Assembly (NCBI GenBank): GCA_039812085.1
Contig: JBDHZU010000001.1
Coordinates: forward strand, 570-64,569
DNA from: Candidatus Nanopelagicales bacterium
GTDB lineage: Bacteria; Actinomycetota; Actinomycetes; S36-B12; UBA10799
Reading direction: 5' to 3'
Length of the DNA: 64,000 nt
Shown here: piece after piece, positions 47,411-58,763 of the stretch
Layout of the letters: each line of letters starts with the position of its first letter
How positions within the stretch are numbered: the first letter of the stretch is position 1
The notes under the pieces: generated by a model
Databases searched by the model: none
What the model was told of the DNA's origin: nothing
The model's input: the letters and a program-made list of their open reading frames with translations, nothing else
Program-made: the position numbers and the translations under genes

Positions 47411-47947
47411 GTGGCAAAGCCACACGGGAACCAGCGGTATCAATTCAGTGATTGGCATCATGGGTCAGTGACGAATCCCGATCTACACCCAGATGATCAG
47501 CCACCGGCCCCGACTCGTAACGGTCCTCGTTGGTGGTTAGTCGCGATCCTGGCGTTCGTCGTGGTCTTCGGAGCGCTCATCACCTACATCCTCATCAATG
47601 TGGTGGACCCGGCAGAAGATGGCGCTGAATCTCCCACCGCGCTAGCCGGTCAGGTGCAGCGAATCTTGGTCGCCCGAGACGAGCCTGGATTAGCGTCGCT
47701 CGTACGACCTGAGTCGACCGCAGATGCGGCCGCTACCGCAGTCACCCGCACGCTGGATGTCACCGGCGCTCGCACCTTTACGGTCACTGCCAACGGTGAT
47801 GTCATCAACGTCTCTGCCAGCGCGGTCACGGGACAGCCGTTATGCGCACAGTGGACGACGACTCATCTCAACGGCAAGTACTACCTGGCGAATATTCCTG
47901 CCCTGACGACTCAGGCGTGTCAGAACTCCGCTACGACAGGTGCGTGA
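47411..47947 (+). CDS. Membrane-anchored hypothetical protein
   Basis: A single TM helix ([22 protein letters not shown]) is followed by a ~110-aa extracytoplasmic domain. No motif recognised, and the start is uncertain. Confidence 0.45.
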   Translation: MAKPHGNQRYQFSDWHHGSVTNPDLHPDDQPPAPTRNGPRWWLVAILAFVVVFGALITYILINVVDPAEDGAESPTALAGQVQRILVARDEPGLASLVRPESTADAAATAVTRTLDVTGARTFTVTANGDVINVSASAVTGQPLCAQWTTTHLNGKYYLANIPALTTQACQNSATTGA

Positions 47948-48726
47948 TCACTCCACCGCTCGGCATAGCTGTCTGCCCGTCCCACCCAGACTCGGCGACA
48001 TTGCTGAGCAATCCGGTCGGTGGCACTGATGTAGTCGATCCGCCATCCGGCATCGTTGTCGAAAGCCTTCCCTCGCCATGACCACCACGTGTACGGACCA
48101 GGAACTTGTCCAGCATGGTCACGCGCAAGATCGTTCCACCCCTGAGCGAACCAACCGTCGAGGACGTCACGCTCACCTTCCAGGAAACCCGCCTTGCCGC
48201 GATTGCCCCGGTGATTCTTGATGTCTAATTCGCTGCGAGCAACGTTGAAGTCACCACAGACGAATGCTCCCCCACGACTGCTGTGTCGTTGTCGCAGCTG
48301 CGTCATCCGTTCGGTGATGCATTCGAGGTAGCGGTACTTCTCGTCTTGTCGGGGAGTATCGGCTTCGCCAGTGTGAATGTACGTCGATGCCACAGTGATC
48401 GAGCCCAACACCGGCACTGTCGTTCGCGCCTCGACCCATCGGCCGCTATCAACAAACTCGTCATGCCCGGTTCCCACCTGGATGTCGCGCAACGGAGTTT
48501 GCGAAAGGATCGCCACCCCTGCCCGACCTGCAGTAGATGCCGGAGCGTGGGCCAGATGCAGGTGACCAAGACCCGCATCGGCAAGTTCCTTGGCGAGTTG
48601 CTCATCACTGGCTCGGACTTCTTGCACACACATCACATCGGGCGATAAATCCGCCAACCAGGCCAACCCCTGCCGACGAGCAGCAGCCCGGATGCCGTTG
48701 ACGTTGGCAGACAAGATGGTGACCAC
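47920..48726 (-). CDS. xthA: Exodeoxyribonuclease III
   Basis: ILSANVNGIRAA...VMCVQEVR...WSDHAPV. Confidence 0.9.
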   Translation of the reverse strand: MVTILSANVNGIRAAARRQGLAWLADLSPDVMCVQEVRASDEQLAKELADAGLGHLHLAHAPASTAGRAGVAILSQTPLRDIQVGTGHDEFVDSGRWVEARTTVPVLGSITVASTYIHTGEADTPRQDEKYRYLECITERMTQLRQRHSSRGGAFVCGDFNVARSELDIKNHRGNRGKAGFLEGERDVLDGWFAQGWNDLARDHAGQVPGPYTWWSWRGKAFDNDAGWRIDYISATDRIAQQCRRVWVGRADSYAERWSDHAPVVAEF

Positions 48727-48766
48727 GAGTTGACCCTACGACGGGTAAGCAGTGTTGACTGGCGAC

Positions 48767-49801
48767 ATGGACGAACTCAATGTTGCGATCATCGGTTTCG
48801 GCTTGGCCGGTTCGGTGTTCCACGCGCCGTTGATCGCCAGTACGCCAGGACTTCGCCTAGCCGCGGTATCGACCTCCGACCCTCAACGGGCCACTGCTGC
48901 TGCCCGCTTCGGAAATGTGGCGGTCCACCCGAATGCGAGTGAACTCTTCGACGCTCACCCGGATCTGGATCTAGCGGTTATTGCGACTCCCAACATCGCT
49001 CATGCAGGTGGGGCGCGAGATGCCATTGAGCGTGGAATAGCGGTGGTTGTCGACAAGCCAATGGCATTGAATGCGATTGAGGCTGCCGAACTCGTGGATA
49101 TGGCAGACGAGGCCCGGGTGCCACTCACGGTGTTCCAGAACCGGCGCTGGGACGGCGACTACCTGACCGTCAAGAAACTGATGGCCGACGGAGCATTCGG
49201 TCGAGTCACTCGAGTGGAGTCTCGCTTCGAGCGCTGGCGACCCACCCCCAAGGGCGGTTGGCGGGAAAATCTCCCACCCGAACAAGGGGGCGGCATTCTG
49301 TTGGATCTGGGTGCCCATCTGATCGACCAAGCCATCGCGCTGTGCGGACCGGTCGATGACGTGTACGCCGAGGTGGGAAGTGTGCGCGAGGGTTTGACGA
49401 CCGACGACGATGCCTTCGTTGCCTTACAACACGCGAACGGCAGTCATAGTCATCTGTGGATGTCGGCAGTCGCGGCTGATCTGGGACCACGCTTCCGCGT
49501 CTTGGGTACAACCGGCGGTTTCCATGTGGATGGTCTGGATGGGCAAGAGCAAGCTCTACGCGACGGCGAGCTACCCAGCCAAACACCGAACTGGGGCGAT
49601 GACGGTCGCACCGGGGTACTGACCGGGATCGAGGACGAGCAACAAGTCGCGCTCCTGCCCGGCGACTATCCCAATTTCTATGCCCAGGTGGAACAAGCGT
49701 TACGCGGAAATGCGCCGATGCCGGTTGATCCACGAGATGCCGTTGAAGTGCTCGCGATCATTGAACAAGCTCGGGCAAGTGGCAGCACGGGCAACTACTG
49801 A
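48767..49801 (+). CDS. Gfo/Idh/MocA family oxidoreductase
   Basis: NVAIIGFGLAGSVFHAPLI Rossmann N-terminus and VVVDKPMA (EKP-like) motif. Confidence 0.8.
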   Translation: MDELNVAIIGFGLAGSVFHAPLIASTPGLRLAAVSTSDPQRATAAARFGNVAVHPNASELFDAHPDLDLAVIATPNIAHAGGARDAIERGIAVVVDKPMALNAIEAAELVDMADEARVPLTVFQNRRWDGDYLTVKKLMADGAFGRVTRVESRFERWRPTPKGGWRENLPPEQGGGILLDLGAHLIDQAIALCGPVDDVYAEVGSVREGLTTDDDAFVALQHANGSHSHLWMSAVAADLGPRFRVLGTTGGFHVDGLDGQEQALRDGELPSQTPNWGDDGRTGVLTGIEDEQQVALLPGDYPNFYAQVEQALRGNAPMPVDPRDAVEVLAIIEQARASGSTGNY

Positions 49802-49831
49802 ACTTAGATAGCGACTTGCAGCCTGTATCCG

Positions 49832-49843
49832 AAATGATCATTT
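49832..49843. promoter_or_regulatory. Perfect 12-bp AT-rich palindrome AAATGATCATTT upstream of GT-C paralogue B
   Basis: Read directly from the sequence. It lies 11 nt upstream of the GTG at 49855, in a 53-nt intergenic gap. Its role as operator or promoter element is speculative. Confidence 0.25.
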
Positions 49844-49854
49844 AGCATCTCGGG

Positions 49855-51660
49855 GTGCGCAGCGCCCATTCATCCATCTGGTATCGAATCAGTATCTGTG
49901 CTGCATTCATCGTTCCCGTCACGCTATTCACCGTCCATGCCACCCGCTTTAGCCGTTGGCTTATCGATGATGCACTGATCTCGTTCGCATACGCCCGGAC
50001 TATTTCCGAAGGCGGCGGCATTGCCCAACAGCCAGGGGCAACGCCCTCAGAGGGCTATTCCAATCCCACGTGGACCTTTCTGCTGGCAGGTCTGAGGAAG
50101 ATTGGGGTGTTCGATGCCGGACATACCTGGTTTGGGGTCCCCGACTACGTAGCGGTCATTCGCATTCTGGGCGTGGTTTTCTTCATCGGAACTTTGCTGG
50201 CTTTCTGGCTAGCTGCCCGCGCCCTATTCAGCAAGCAGCTCGCTGTTGCCGCCGTCGCCATCGGCGGAACGACTTTGGCGTGTGTGCCTTCCTACGTGAT
50301 CTGGGCGATCGGCGGACTAGAGAATCCGCTCTACGGGTTCTTGATCGCGTTACTGGGAGCCCTACTTGTTCGCGCTGTGGCTAAGGGCGAATTGCTTGCC
50401 CCGCGATATGCCATCGGCACATCGGTCATCGTCCTTTTCGCGGCGGCTACCCGCCCCGACGGAGTGATCTATTACGGGGCATACCCACTGCTCATCCTGC
50501 TGCACATTCGCCAAACGCCCCTACGTCAAAGTGCGCGGGCTTTACTCACCAGTGCAGCCACATTCGCTATCCCGGCTGGACTATTCCTGTTGTGGCGACA
50601 TGCGACCTTCGGTCTTTGGGTGCCGTTGACCGCGGTAGCGAAGGGGCAGGACGTTCCCACTCTGAAATCACTGGAGAAGCTCGCTGACATCGTCACCATC
50701 GCCACCCCTCTCGTGATCATTGTTTTTCTGCTGGTCGTCCTCGCAACTTTCGTCCGTATCTGGTTCTCAACTCCCACCCAGCGGGACGAGTTCTTGCCAG
50801 CATTCGTGGCGGTGGCGATCCCATTCCTACTTGCCGTTACAGCCTTTGTGGTGCTCAACCGCGACTGGGCGAGCCAAATGCGGTTCGGCACACCGATCTG
50901 GGTCAGCGCATCACTGGTTTTTGCCCTGTGTGTGACCTACCACGTCGCTGTGTCCAACCCGACGCCTGCGACCAGGACTCAATTAACCAAGGGGGGCCTA
51001 GCGATACTCGTCGCCAGCATGCTGTTTGGGCCTCTGGCATGGACAGCAGGACTCGCACAAGAGGAGGAGTTCCGCGGTCACCCCAGCGCCAACACCTGCA
51101 TCGTGGTCGACGGTTACGGCAGAACCTTCAATTACTACGCCGACGAACTCAATTTGCCCGATTCGTCAACCATTCTTGAGGCTGACATCGGAGGGCTCCT
51201 CATGACCAGTCGTCTTCGCGTTGTTGACCTGGCCGGACTCACTGATCCCACCATCGCCCGTTACCGCAAGCAGATCTACCAGCAGGATCGAGCGGTTGGT
51301 TCAGAGAATCTGCGGAACTACATCTTCGATGACCTCAAACCGACGTTCATGCGGTTGCAATACAACTGGTACGTGGGGTTGGAAGACGACCCGCGGCTCA
51401 CTCGCGACTACGTGAAGATCTTTGATTCTGGGCTACGCCCAAGTAGCCAACCTGATCAGGACTGGGCCCGGAAAGACAAACCCGGCCAAGACTGGGTGCG
51501 CAAAGATGCGCTAGCGCCAAACAGCGATGTGGATTCCCTTCGCTCAATCGCGAAGAAGCTGCACAAACGCTATGTCGCGCGGTACACCCGAACCAACCCA
51601 TTGGGTGGCTGCGGAAATCTCCACGTTGGTGGCATCCCCACAAACCTTCCCACCGCCTGA
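49855..51660 (+). CDS. Polytopic GT-C-like membrane glycosyltransferase (paralogue B)
   Basis: SRWLIDDALISFAYART, EGYSNPTW, PSYVIWAIGGLENPLYG, TRPDG and VLNRDWASQMRFGTPIWV are collinear with the 18616-20295 protein. Confidence 0.6.
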   Translation: MRSAHSSIWYRISICAAFIVPVTLFTVHATRFSRWLIDDALISFAYARTISEGGGIAQQPGATPSEGYSNPTWTFLLAGLRKIGVFDAGHTWFGVPDYVAVIRILGVVFFIGTLLAFWLAARALFSKQLAVAAVAIGGTTLACVPSYVIWAIGGLENPLYGFLIALLGALLVRAVAKGELLAPRYAIGTSVIVLFAAATRPDGVIYYGAYPLLILLHIRQTPLRQSARALLTSAATFAIPAGLFLLWRHATFGLWVPLTAVAKGQDVPTLKSLEKLADIVTIATPLVIIVFLLVVLATFVRIWFSTPTQRDEFLPAFVAVAIPFLLAVTAFVVLNRDWASQMRFGTPIWVSASLVFALCVTYHVAVSNPTPATRTQLTKGGLAILVASMLFGPLAWTAGLAQEEEFRGHPSANTCIVVDGYGRTFNYYADELNLPDSSTILEADIGGLLMTSRLRVVDLAGLTDPTIARYRKQIYQQDRAVGSENLRNYIFDDLKPTFMRLQYNWYVGLEDDPRLTRDYVKIFDSGLRPSSQPDQDWARKDKPGQDWVRKDALAPNSDVDSLRSIAKKLHKRYVARYTRTNPLGGCGNLHVGGIPTNLPTA

Positions 51661-51768
51661 GTCCGCTCTGTCAATCAGGCGACCTGACAGCGTACGGATA
51701 AGGCAATAGGAGACGACTCACAGCGCGTGGGCGAGACAGCGCAGTAAGTACCCCGGCAGACTCGTCGC

Positions 51769-54225
51769 GTGACGGAAACAGAGCTCACCCATCGACCAAT
51801 TCCAACGCCCGAACAGCTTTCGCGGGCCTTCCTTAACGAGCTGATTCACGGGCAGGGCATTGACCTACGTCGAGCAACGGATAATGACAAGTACCAGGCG
51901 TTGTCTCGGCTGACCCGTGAATACCTCATGGATAACTGGATCAACCGTTTATCCCGCCATATCGACGAAGCGCCCAAAGCCGTCGCCTATCTATCGGCGG
52001 AATACCTCCTCGGTCCGCAACTGGACAACGCCCTCGTCGCGTTCGGACTCAAAGAGATTGCTCGTGACGGATTAGCCGAACTCGATGTCGATCTGGACGA
52101 TGTGCTCGCGGCCGAACCGGAGCCAGGACTAGGTAACGGCGGCCTGGGGCGCCTCGCCGCGTGCTACATGGATTCACTGGCGACGATGGGGATTCCTGCC
52201 ATCGGCTACGGCATCCGTTACGAGTACGGGATTTTCACGCAAACCTTTGTCGATCACAAACAGGTCGAGGTGCCAGACAAGTGGCTACAGAACGGCAACC
52301 CTTGGGAGTTCGCCCATACCGAGATGACCCAGATGATTGGCTTCGGCGGAACCGTTGAAGAAGTCGTTGACGACGCCGGAAACACTCGTAAACAGTGGAT
52401 TCCTGACCACGTCGTCAATGCGGTTCCCTACAACACCTTGGTACCGGGATACGGCGGTGCAGCAGTCAATACGTTGCGACTGTGGTCAGCCCAGTCACCC
52501 GACGAGTTCAACCTGGAGATTTTCAACGCTGGTGACTATCAGAAAGCCGTGCAACAACAGATTGACGCTGAAGTCCTCACCAAGGTCTTATACCCAGAGG
52601 ATTCCACCGCCCAAGGCAAGCGGCTTCGCCTCTCGCAGCAGTACTTCTTCTCAGCCGCATCTATTCGCGATCTGATTGACCACGGGGTTCCGGCCAACTT
52701 CGACATTCGCCGGCTCCCAGAACGAGTCATCTTCCAACTCAACGACACCCATCCCGTCATTGCGATCCCAGAACTCATGCGAGTTCTGATTGATGACCAC
52801 GGCTTCGACTGGGATGAAGCCTGGGGCATTACGCGCCAGTGTTTCGCCTACACCTGCCACACCCTGCTGCCCGAAGCGTTGGAGGTGTGGGCTGTGGATC
52901 TGATGGAGAGCCTGCTGCCTCGGCACATGGAACTCATCTACGAGATCAACGACTGGTTCTTGGACGAAGTCGCGAGCGCCTTCCCTGGTGATCACGACGT
53001 GCTTCGTCGAATGTCACTCGTGCAAGAGATCCCCTTCCGTGGCGTTCGGATGGCTCACTTAGCCGTGGTGGGATCGAGCAAAGTCAACGGGGTCGCCGAG
53101 TTGCACAGTCAACTGCTGCGCGACCGCGTGCTCAACGACTTCTCCGCGTTCGAGCCAGAGAAGTTCACCAATGTCACGAACGGAATCACTCCCCGACGCT
53201 TTATGCGAATCGCCAATCCGGGATTGTCAGAACTCATCACCGACTCCTTGGGCAGCGACGAGTGGGTAACGAACCTTGATCTGCTCACGGGGCTGGAACC
53301 ATTCGCTGATGACGAGTCTTTCCGGCAGCAGTTTGCTCAGATCAAGCGGGCAAATAAGGCTGCACTAGCCGACATACTTGCAACCCGAGACGGCATTGAC
53401 ATCTCCCCGGACACCATCTTCGATGTCATGGTCAAGCGCCTGCACGAATACAAGCGACAGACCTTGAAGCTGCTGCACATCGTCACGCTCTACCGTCGCC
53501 TCACAGAAGATCCAAGCGCACAGGTACTCCCCCGAACCGCGATCTTCGGCGCAAAGGCAGCGCCCGGTTACTGGATGGCCAAAGAGACGATTGAACTGAT
53601 CTTGCGGGTGGGATCGACCATCAACAACGACCCGAATATGACCGGGAAACTTGCGGTCGCATTCCCCGCCAACTACAACGTGCTCCTTAACGAATCAATC
53701 GTTCCGGCAGCCGAACTCTCTGAACAAATCTCCATGGCGGGCAAGGAAGCGTCTGGCACCGGAAATATGAAGTTCACGCTCAATGGCGCTCTGACCATCG
53801 GGACGCTGGACGGAGCAAACGTGGAGATCCGCAACCTGGTGGGGGCGGAAAACTTCTTCCTCTTCGGTCTCGACGTAGACGAGGTCACCGACCTACAGCA
53901 GTCGGGATACCAACCACGCGCATTCGTGGACAAGGATCCAGAACTAGCAGCCACCATCGATGCACTCATGAGCGGCGAGCTCACTGAAGGAGACGTGTCC
54001 GCCGCTCAGGCAGTCATTGGGCATCTGCTGGATCAGGACCCATTCATGGCACTGGCCGACTACCGCGCTTACGTGGACTGTCAGGACGAGGTCGAAGCAC
54101 TCTATGCAGATCCGGACGAGTGGAACCGCAAGGCGATTCTCAATGTTGCCCGTGCGGGGTACTTCTCATCGGACCGCGCGATCCAGGACTACGTGGACGA
54201 CATCTGGCACACGCAGCCCAACTAA
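51769..54225 (+). CDS. glgP: Glycogen/maltodextrin phosphorylase
   Basis: EPGLGNGGLGRLAAC and the PLP-lysine motif EASGTGNMKF. Length is 818 aa. Confidence 0.93.
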   Translation: MTETELTHRPIPTPEQLSRAFLNELIHGQGIDLRRATDNDKYQALSRLTREYLMDNWINRLSRHIDEAPKAVAYLSAEYLLGPQLDNALVAFGLKEIARDGLAELDVDLDDVLAAEPEPGLGNGGLGRLAACYMDSLATMGIPAIGYGIRYEYGIFTQTFVDHKQVEVPDKWLQNGNPWEFAHTEMTQMIGFGGTVEEVVDDAGNTRKQWIPDHVVNAVPYNTLVPGYGGAAVNTLRLWSAQSPDEFNLEIFNAGDYQKAVQQQIDAEVLTKVLYPEDSTAQGKRLRLSQQYFFSAASIRDLIDHGVPANFDIRRLPERVIFQLNDTHPVIAIPELMRVLIDDHGFDWDEAWGITRQCFAYTCHTLLPEALEVWAVDLMESLLPRHMELIYEINDWFLDEVASAFPGDHDVLRRMSLVQEIPFRGVRMAHLAVVGSSKVNGVAELHSQLLRDRVLNDFSAFEPEKFTNVTNGITPRRFMRIANPGLSELITDSLGSDEWVTNLDLLTGLEPFADDESFRQQFAQIKRANKAALADILATRDGIDISPDTIFDVMVKRLHEYKRQTLKLLHIVTLYRRLTEDPSAQVLPRTAIFGAKAAPGYWMAKETIELILRVGSTINNDPNMTGKLAVAFPANYNVLLNESIVPAAELSEQISMAGKEASGTGNMKFTLNGALTIGTLDGANVEIRNLVGAENFFLFGLDVDEVTDLQQSGYQPRAFVDKDPELAATIDALMSGELTEGDVSAAQAVIGHLLDQDPFMALADYRAYVDCQDEVEALYADPDEWNRKAILNVARAGYFSSDRAIQDYVDDIWHTQPN

Positions 54226-54228
54226 GGG

Positions 54229-55443
54229 CTATGCCAGCGCGCGCTGCAGGTTCTCGTCGATAGCGGCGAGGAACTCTTGGGTGGTCAGCCAGCTCTGTTC
54301 TGGACCCACCAGCAATGCCAAGTCCTTGGTCATCTGACCAGATTCGACTGTCTCGACACAGACTCGCTCCAGAGTTTCCGCGAACTCGGTCACTGCTGGA
54401 GTTCCGTCCATTCGACCGCGATGGGCCAATCCGCGTGTCCACGCGAAAATCGAGGCGATTGGGTTGGTCGAAGTCGCGTTGCCCTTTTGGTGCTCGCGGA
54501 AGTGGCGGGTCACGGTGCCGTGCGCCGCTTCGGCTTCCACCGTCTTGCCGTCTGGGGTCATCAGCACACTGGTCATCAAACCAAGCGAACCGAAGCCCTG
54601 GGCGACGGTGTCGGACTGGACGTCACCGTCGTAGTTCTTGCAGGCCCAGACGTAGCCGCCTTCCCACTTCATAGCGGCAGCCACCATGTCGTCGATGAGG
54701 CGGTGTTCGTAGGTCAGCCCGTTCGCTTCAAACTCCGACTTGAACTCGGTCTCGTAGACCTCCGCGAAGATGTCTTTGAACCGGCCGTCGTACGCCTTGA
54801 GGATCGTGTTCTTGGTGGACAGATAGACCGGGTAGTTGCGGGTCAGTCCGTACCGCATCGACGCGCGCGCGAAGTCGCGGATCGAATCGTCCAGGTTGTA
54901 CATCCCCATCGCGACACCGCCACCGGGGAAGTCGAACACGTCGAATTCCATCGGTTCCGAGCCGTCCTTGGGAGTGAACGTCATCGTCAGGGTTCCCTCG
55001 CCTGGAACCACAAAGTTGGTTGAGCGGTACTGATCACCAAAGGCATGGCGACCAATCACGATGGGCTTAGTCCAGCCGGGAACAAGTCGAGGAACGTTGC
55101 TGATGATGATGGGTTCACGGAAGATAACTCCACCCAGGATGTTGCGGATAGTGCCATTGGGCGACTTCCACATCTCCTTGAGATCGAACTCCTCCACTCG
55201 AGCCTCATCCGGCGTGATCGTGGCGCACTTGACGCCCACGCCGTACTTCTTGATGGCCTCCGCGGAATCAATGGTGATCTGGTCATTGGTGGCGTCACGA
55301 CTCTCGATCCCGAGGTCGTAATACTTCAGGTCGATATCGAGATACGGCAGGATCAACTGCTCGCGGATGAATGACCAGATGATGCGGGTCATCTCGTCGC
55401 CGTCAAGTTCGACGACCGGATTCTCAACCTTGATCTTGCTCAT
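54229..55443 (-). CDS. icd: NADP-dependent isocitrate dehydrogenase (404-aa, eukaryote-like/Icd1 type)
   Basis: [23 protein letters not shown] and [10 protein letters not shown]. Confidence 0.93.
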   Translation of the reverse strand: MSKIKVENPVVELDGDEMTRIIWSFIREQLILPYLDIDLKYYDLGIESRDATNDQITIDSAEAIKKYGVGVKCATITPDEARVEEFDLKEMWKSPNGTIRNILGGVIFREPIIISNVPRLVPGWTKPIVIGRHAFGDQYRSTNFVVPGEGTLTMTFTPKDGSEPMEFDVFDFPGGGVAMGMYNLDDSIRDFARASMRYGLTRNYPVYLSTKNTILKAYDGRFKDIFAEVYETEFKSEFEANGLTYEHRLIDDMVAAAMKWEGGYVWACKNYDGDVQSDTVAQGFGSLGLMTSVLMTPDGKTVEAEAAHGTVTRHFREHQKGNATSTNPIASIFAWTRGLAHRGRMDGTPAVTEFAETLERVCVETVESGQMTKDLALLVGPEQSWLTTQEFLAAIDENLQRALA

Positions 55444-55481
55444 ACCAGTGACCTTCTCCAGGTGATATTCGGTTCGAGGGA

Positions 55482-56438
55482 CTACAGGCTGGCGACGTCG
55501 CCTTGCTTCTCACGGACTGCCTCGGCAGCTTCCAGCAGAGCAGCCTTCTCTGACTCAGTGAGGTCGGTCTCGACGACCTTCTTGACTCCACCAGCGCCGA
55601 TTTCTCCCTCGACGCCGAGGTACACACCGGAGATTCCGAACTCGCCGTCAACCCAGGTGCAGACCGGCATGACTGCGCCGGAATCTTCCGCCACTGCCTT
55701 GGCCATGCGAGCGGCAGCAGCGCTGGGGGCGTAGTAGGCAGAACCCGTCTTGAGCAGGGCAACAACTTCGGCACCACCGTTACGGGTACGCACGACGAGT
55801 TCTTCGATTTCGTCGTCAGACAGCAGGTCACTCAATGGCTTACCGTCCACACTGCACTGACTAGGAACCGGAACCATCGTGTCGCCGTGGGAACCCAGGG
55901 TCAGGGTCTTGACCGAGCCGACTTCGACGCCCAGCTTCTCGGCCACAAAGTTGGTGAAACGAGCGGTATCCAGCATTCCGGCCTGACCGATCACACGAGC
56001 CTTCGGGAATCCGGACGCCAACTGTGTCAGAGCGGTCATCTCATCCAGCGGATTGCTGACCACGATGATCACGGCGTTAGGGGCATGCTTGGCAACTTGT
56101 TCGGCAACGCCACGCACAATCTTGGCGTTGACCTCGATCAAGTCCATTCGGCTCATGCCGGGCTTACGCGGCAGACCAGCGGTGATGACCACGATGTCCG
56201 AATCGGCGATTGCTTCGTAGCCTTCGCCATCAGCAGTAGTGGTCTGGCCGACAACCTTGGTCTCGAATCCTTCGATCGGCCGGGACTGGTTCATGTCCAG
56301 AGCAAGACCTTCTGCCTTGCCATCCACGATGTCGGTCAGAACAACCGTCTCGAAGATGTCGTACTCAGCCATTCGCAAGGCTGTGGTGGAACCGTAGAAA
56401 CCTGCACCGATGACGGTTGCTTTGCCAGATCGAGCCAT
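55482..56438 (-). CDS. mdh: Malate dehydrogenase (LDH-like type)
   Basis: [15 protein letters not shown] and [19 protein letters not shown] precedes the start. Confidence 0.9.
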   Translation of the reverse strand: MARSGKATVIGAGFYGSTTALRMAEYDIFETVVLTDIVDGKAEGLALDMNQSRPIEGFETKVVGQTTTADGEGYEAIADSDIVVITAGLPRKPGMSRMDLIEVNAKIVRGVAEQVAKHAPNAVIIVVSNPLDEMTALTQLASGFPKARVIGQAGMLDTARFTNFVAEKLGVEVGSVKTLTLGSHGDTMVPVPSQCSVDGKPLSDLLSDDEIEELVVRTRNGGAEVVALLKTGSAYYAPSAAAARMAKAVAEDSGAVMPVCTWVDGEFGISGVYLGVEGEIGAGGVKKVVETDLTESEKAALLEAAEAVREKQGDVASL

Positions 56439-56509
56439 GAAGTAGGCGCTCCTCAGTCACGAATTGCTGCTGGATGAGTGTTCCCAGCAAGCCTAATCGT
56501 GCGAGTTTG

Positions 56510-56983
56510 CTAGTTCGGAGCCGGTACCCACAACGCAGAAAGCAACAAGCCGAGCGCCAAGGCACCGAGCACGATCAAGTCCACGACTCGTCCTCGAACC
56601 TTCAATAAACCTGCCTCAGAATCAGGCAACACGAGACGAAGGAAGAACGCCAAGACCAGGCTGGTCGCCAACGCAACTGCACCTCGGCGGAACGAGTCGA
56701 GCAACACGATCACAAGTGAAATGCCGACGCAGGTGAGCACTAAGAGGAGTGGCCATTCCGGAATCCCGAGTCCGTGATGGACCCACGAACGTTCGGTCGA
56801 CTCTGCAGGCTGCTCCACCGGACGCAACGGGACAACGTTCGAAGGAAGCTCAGGCTCCTCCGGTATCCGCTGCGCACTCGATGCGTTGGCCACGCTCGCC
56901 ACCTTAAGTCGCGCTACGCCATGAAGCGGCGTACCAACAAGAACTTTACTCGCGTGTCTGGGCATAAGCAGCTTCGACAACAT
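56510..56983 (-). CDS. Small membrane protein (DUF3017-like)
   Basis: Three or four hydrophobic helices in the C-terminal two thirds, and a position downstream of folD as in mycobacteria. The start is uncertain. Confidence 0.5.
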   Translation of the reverse strand: MLSKLLMPRHASKVLVGTPLHGVARLKVASVANASSAQRIPEEPELPSNVVPLRPVEQPAESTERSWVHHGLGIPEWPLLLVLTCVGISLVIVLLDSFRRGAVALATSLVLAFFLRLVLPDSEAGLLKVRGRVVDLIVLGALALGLLLSALWVPAPN

Positions 56984-57800
56984 TCGCGATCAACATCGCG
57001 CGAGTCATCAGACCAACCCCGCCGGGCATGGGGGCCAGATATCCGGCAACCTCACGCACCTCGGGTGCGACATCACCCACGAGTCCTGCATCCGTGCGGG
57101 TAATGCCGACATCGAGCACGGCTGCGCCCGGACGAATCATGTCTACGGTGATCAAGCCGGGGACGCCGGTGGCGGCAACCACGATGTCTGCTCGGCGGGT
57201 GTGTTCGGCAACATCACGGGTACCGGTATGACAGACGGTGACGGTCGAGTTTTCGTTTCGACGGGTGAGCAAGAGCGATAACGGACGGCCAACTGTGACG
57301 CCACGACCCACGATGCACACTTCAGCACCCGCGGTAGGGACGTCGTAACGCTTGAGTAGTTCCACGATTCCGCGCGGCGTGCATGGCAAAGGACCGGGTG
57401 CACCAAGCACGAGACGACCAAGGTTGACCGGGTGCAGACCGTCGGCGTCTTTGGTGGGATCCATCCGTTCCAGCACAGCCTGCTCATCCAAACCCTTGGG
57501 TAGGGGCAGTTGAACGATGTAGCCGGTGCAGTTTTCGTCGGCATTGAGCTGATCGACCGCGTCGAGCACCTCGGCCTGGGTGGCCGTCTCGGGAAGGTCT
57601 ACCCGGATCGACGCAATGCCGACTTCTGCGCAGTCACGATGTTTGCCGTTGACATAGGCGCTGCTGCCGGGGTCCTGACCGACAAGCACTGTTCCCAAAC
57701 CGGGGATGATCCCACGCTCTTTGAGTTGATCTACCTTGCCGCGCAACTCGGCCTTAATCGCCGAAGCGGTCACCTTGCCGTCGAGAATCTGTGCAGTCAC
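56946..57800 (-). CDS. folD: Bifunctional methylenetetrahydrofolate dehydrogenase/methenyl-THF cyclohydrolase
   Basis: [10 protein letters not shown]...[12 protein letters not shown]...VQLPLP...GRGVTVGRP. Confidence 0.93.
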   Translation of the reverse strand: MTAQILDGKVTASAIKAELRGKVDQLKERGIIPGLGTVLVGQDPGSSAYVNGKHRDCAEVGIASIRVDLPETATQAEVLDAVDQLNADENCTGYIVQLPLPKGLDEQAVLERMDPTKDADGLHPVNLGRLVLGAPGPLPCTPRGIVELLKRYDVPTAGAEVCIVGRGVTVGRPLSLLLTRRNENSTVTVCHTGTRDVAEHTRRADIVVAATGVPGLITVDMIRPGAAVLDVGITRTDAGLVGDVAPEVREVAGYLAPMPGGVGLMTRAMLIANVVEAAYAQTRE

Positions 57801-58756
57801 GGTCCAACCCTACGCATCCGCGCCCAGGCAGCTAGCGACACGGCGACAGCCGTCACCAGAACGCCAATGATTAGTCCGGGATCGACTCGATCATTTGCCA
57901 GCGGCGCCGCGAGATCCAACACGAGAGCGGCGGCAAGCTGGCCCAGAATCGATAGCAAGGCGAATAGCAACACTCCCAGGCTCTTGATCACTGCCGCCGA
58001 CACCACGATGAACACCACACCGATAAAGCCGCCCACCCACAACACAGGTTGACTCCACGGCGCAGGTGGCGGGTGGATCGCAGTCGCCCCAATCAGACGT
58101 GAGATCCCCAAGGCAATCGTCAGCCCAGCGAATCCAACGATGAAGTTGACCACACCCGCAGCCCAAGGAGTTCCTGCTGCCACTGCCACTCGCCCATTAA
58201 CGGCCTGTTGAACGGCAATAGCGGCACCGGCCACAAACACCAACGCCAATGCCCACCACACGATGCGCCCATCCGCGATTCGTCCAGAGACAGCGATACC
58301 GACGCCAATGGTGGCGAGCACTGCGGCAATCACCCGAAGCTTCGTGACCGGTTGAACTCCACTCGGGCCTAGACCTACTCGGTCAACCCACAGAGATGAA
58401 CCGTTCTGACTTGCCACCACCGCCACGGTAAAGATGGCAACCCCGAGGAATCGGACGGTGAGACCTTGGGCAGCGACAAAGGTTGCTCCGCCCAACCCGC
58501 CGAACAATTGCCAGGCGGCGAACGATCGATTCCCATTCACATCACGTCGAACTGCCGTGGCTAGCTGAGACATCCCTCGACGCAACGAGGGAACCGTCGC
58601 CCACATCACCAGCAAAATCAGCAGACCCACACCAAAGGAAATCCAGGCCGCGAAGATGCCGTCGGATACGACCACGCCAAGGCGACCGTTAATGCGCGAC
58701 TGGATAACAGTTAACGCTCCGACCACCACCGCACTAGTCGCGGCAATGGGATGCAA
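57797..58756 (-). CDS. DMT-superfamily membrane protein (two DUF606/YdcZ-like repeats)
   Basis: An internal duplication is marked by QSRINGRLG and QQAVNGRVA, with about 10 TM helices. Start set at TTG 58756, just after the purH stop. The ORF is open to 58828. Confidence 0.65.
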   Translation of the reverse strand: MHPIAATSAVVVGALTVIQSRINGRLGVVVSDGIFAAWISFGVGLLILLVMWATVPSLRRGMSQLATAVRRDVNGNRSFAAWQLFGGLGGATFVAAQGLTVRFLGVAIFTVAVVASQNGSSLWVDRVGLGPSGVQPVTKLRVIAAVLATIGVGIAVSGRIADGRIVWWALALVFVAGAAIAVQQAVNGRVAVAAGTPWAAGVVNFIVGFAGLTIALGISRLIGATAIHPPPAPWSQPVLWVGGFIGVVFIVVSAAVIKSLGVLLFALLSILGQLAAALVLDLAAPLANDRVDPGLIIGVLVTAVAVSLAAWARMRRVGP

Positions 58757-58763
58757 CTGATGA

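Noticed and set aside
47402-47947. The possibility of a T-box or other leader RNA upstream of trpS.
   Set aside because: The region is occupied by a plausible divergent membrane-protein ORF (47411-47947). I could not find a specifier-loop or T-box-like sequence. Only about 10 nt are non-coding.
48767-49801. The idea that the Gfo/Idh/MocA oxidoreductase next to GT-C paralogue B substitutes for the missing DprE2.
   Set aside because: The only support is adjacency to a paralogue of the DPA-linked GT-C. The fold family differs from the SDR DprE2, and no sequence evidence links it to polyprenyl-phospho-sugar chemistry. I kept it only as a remark for whole-genome follow-up.
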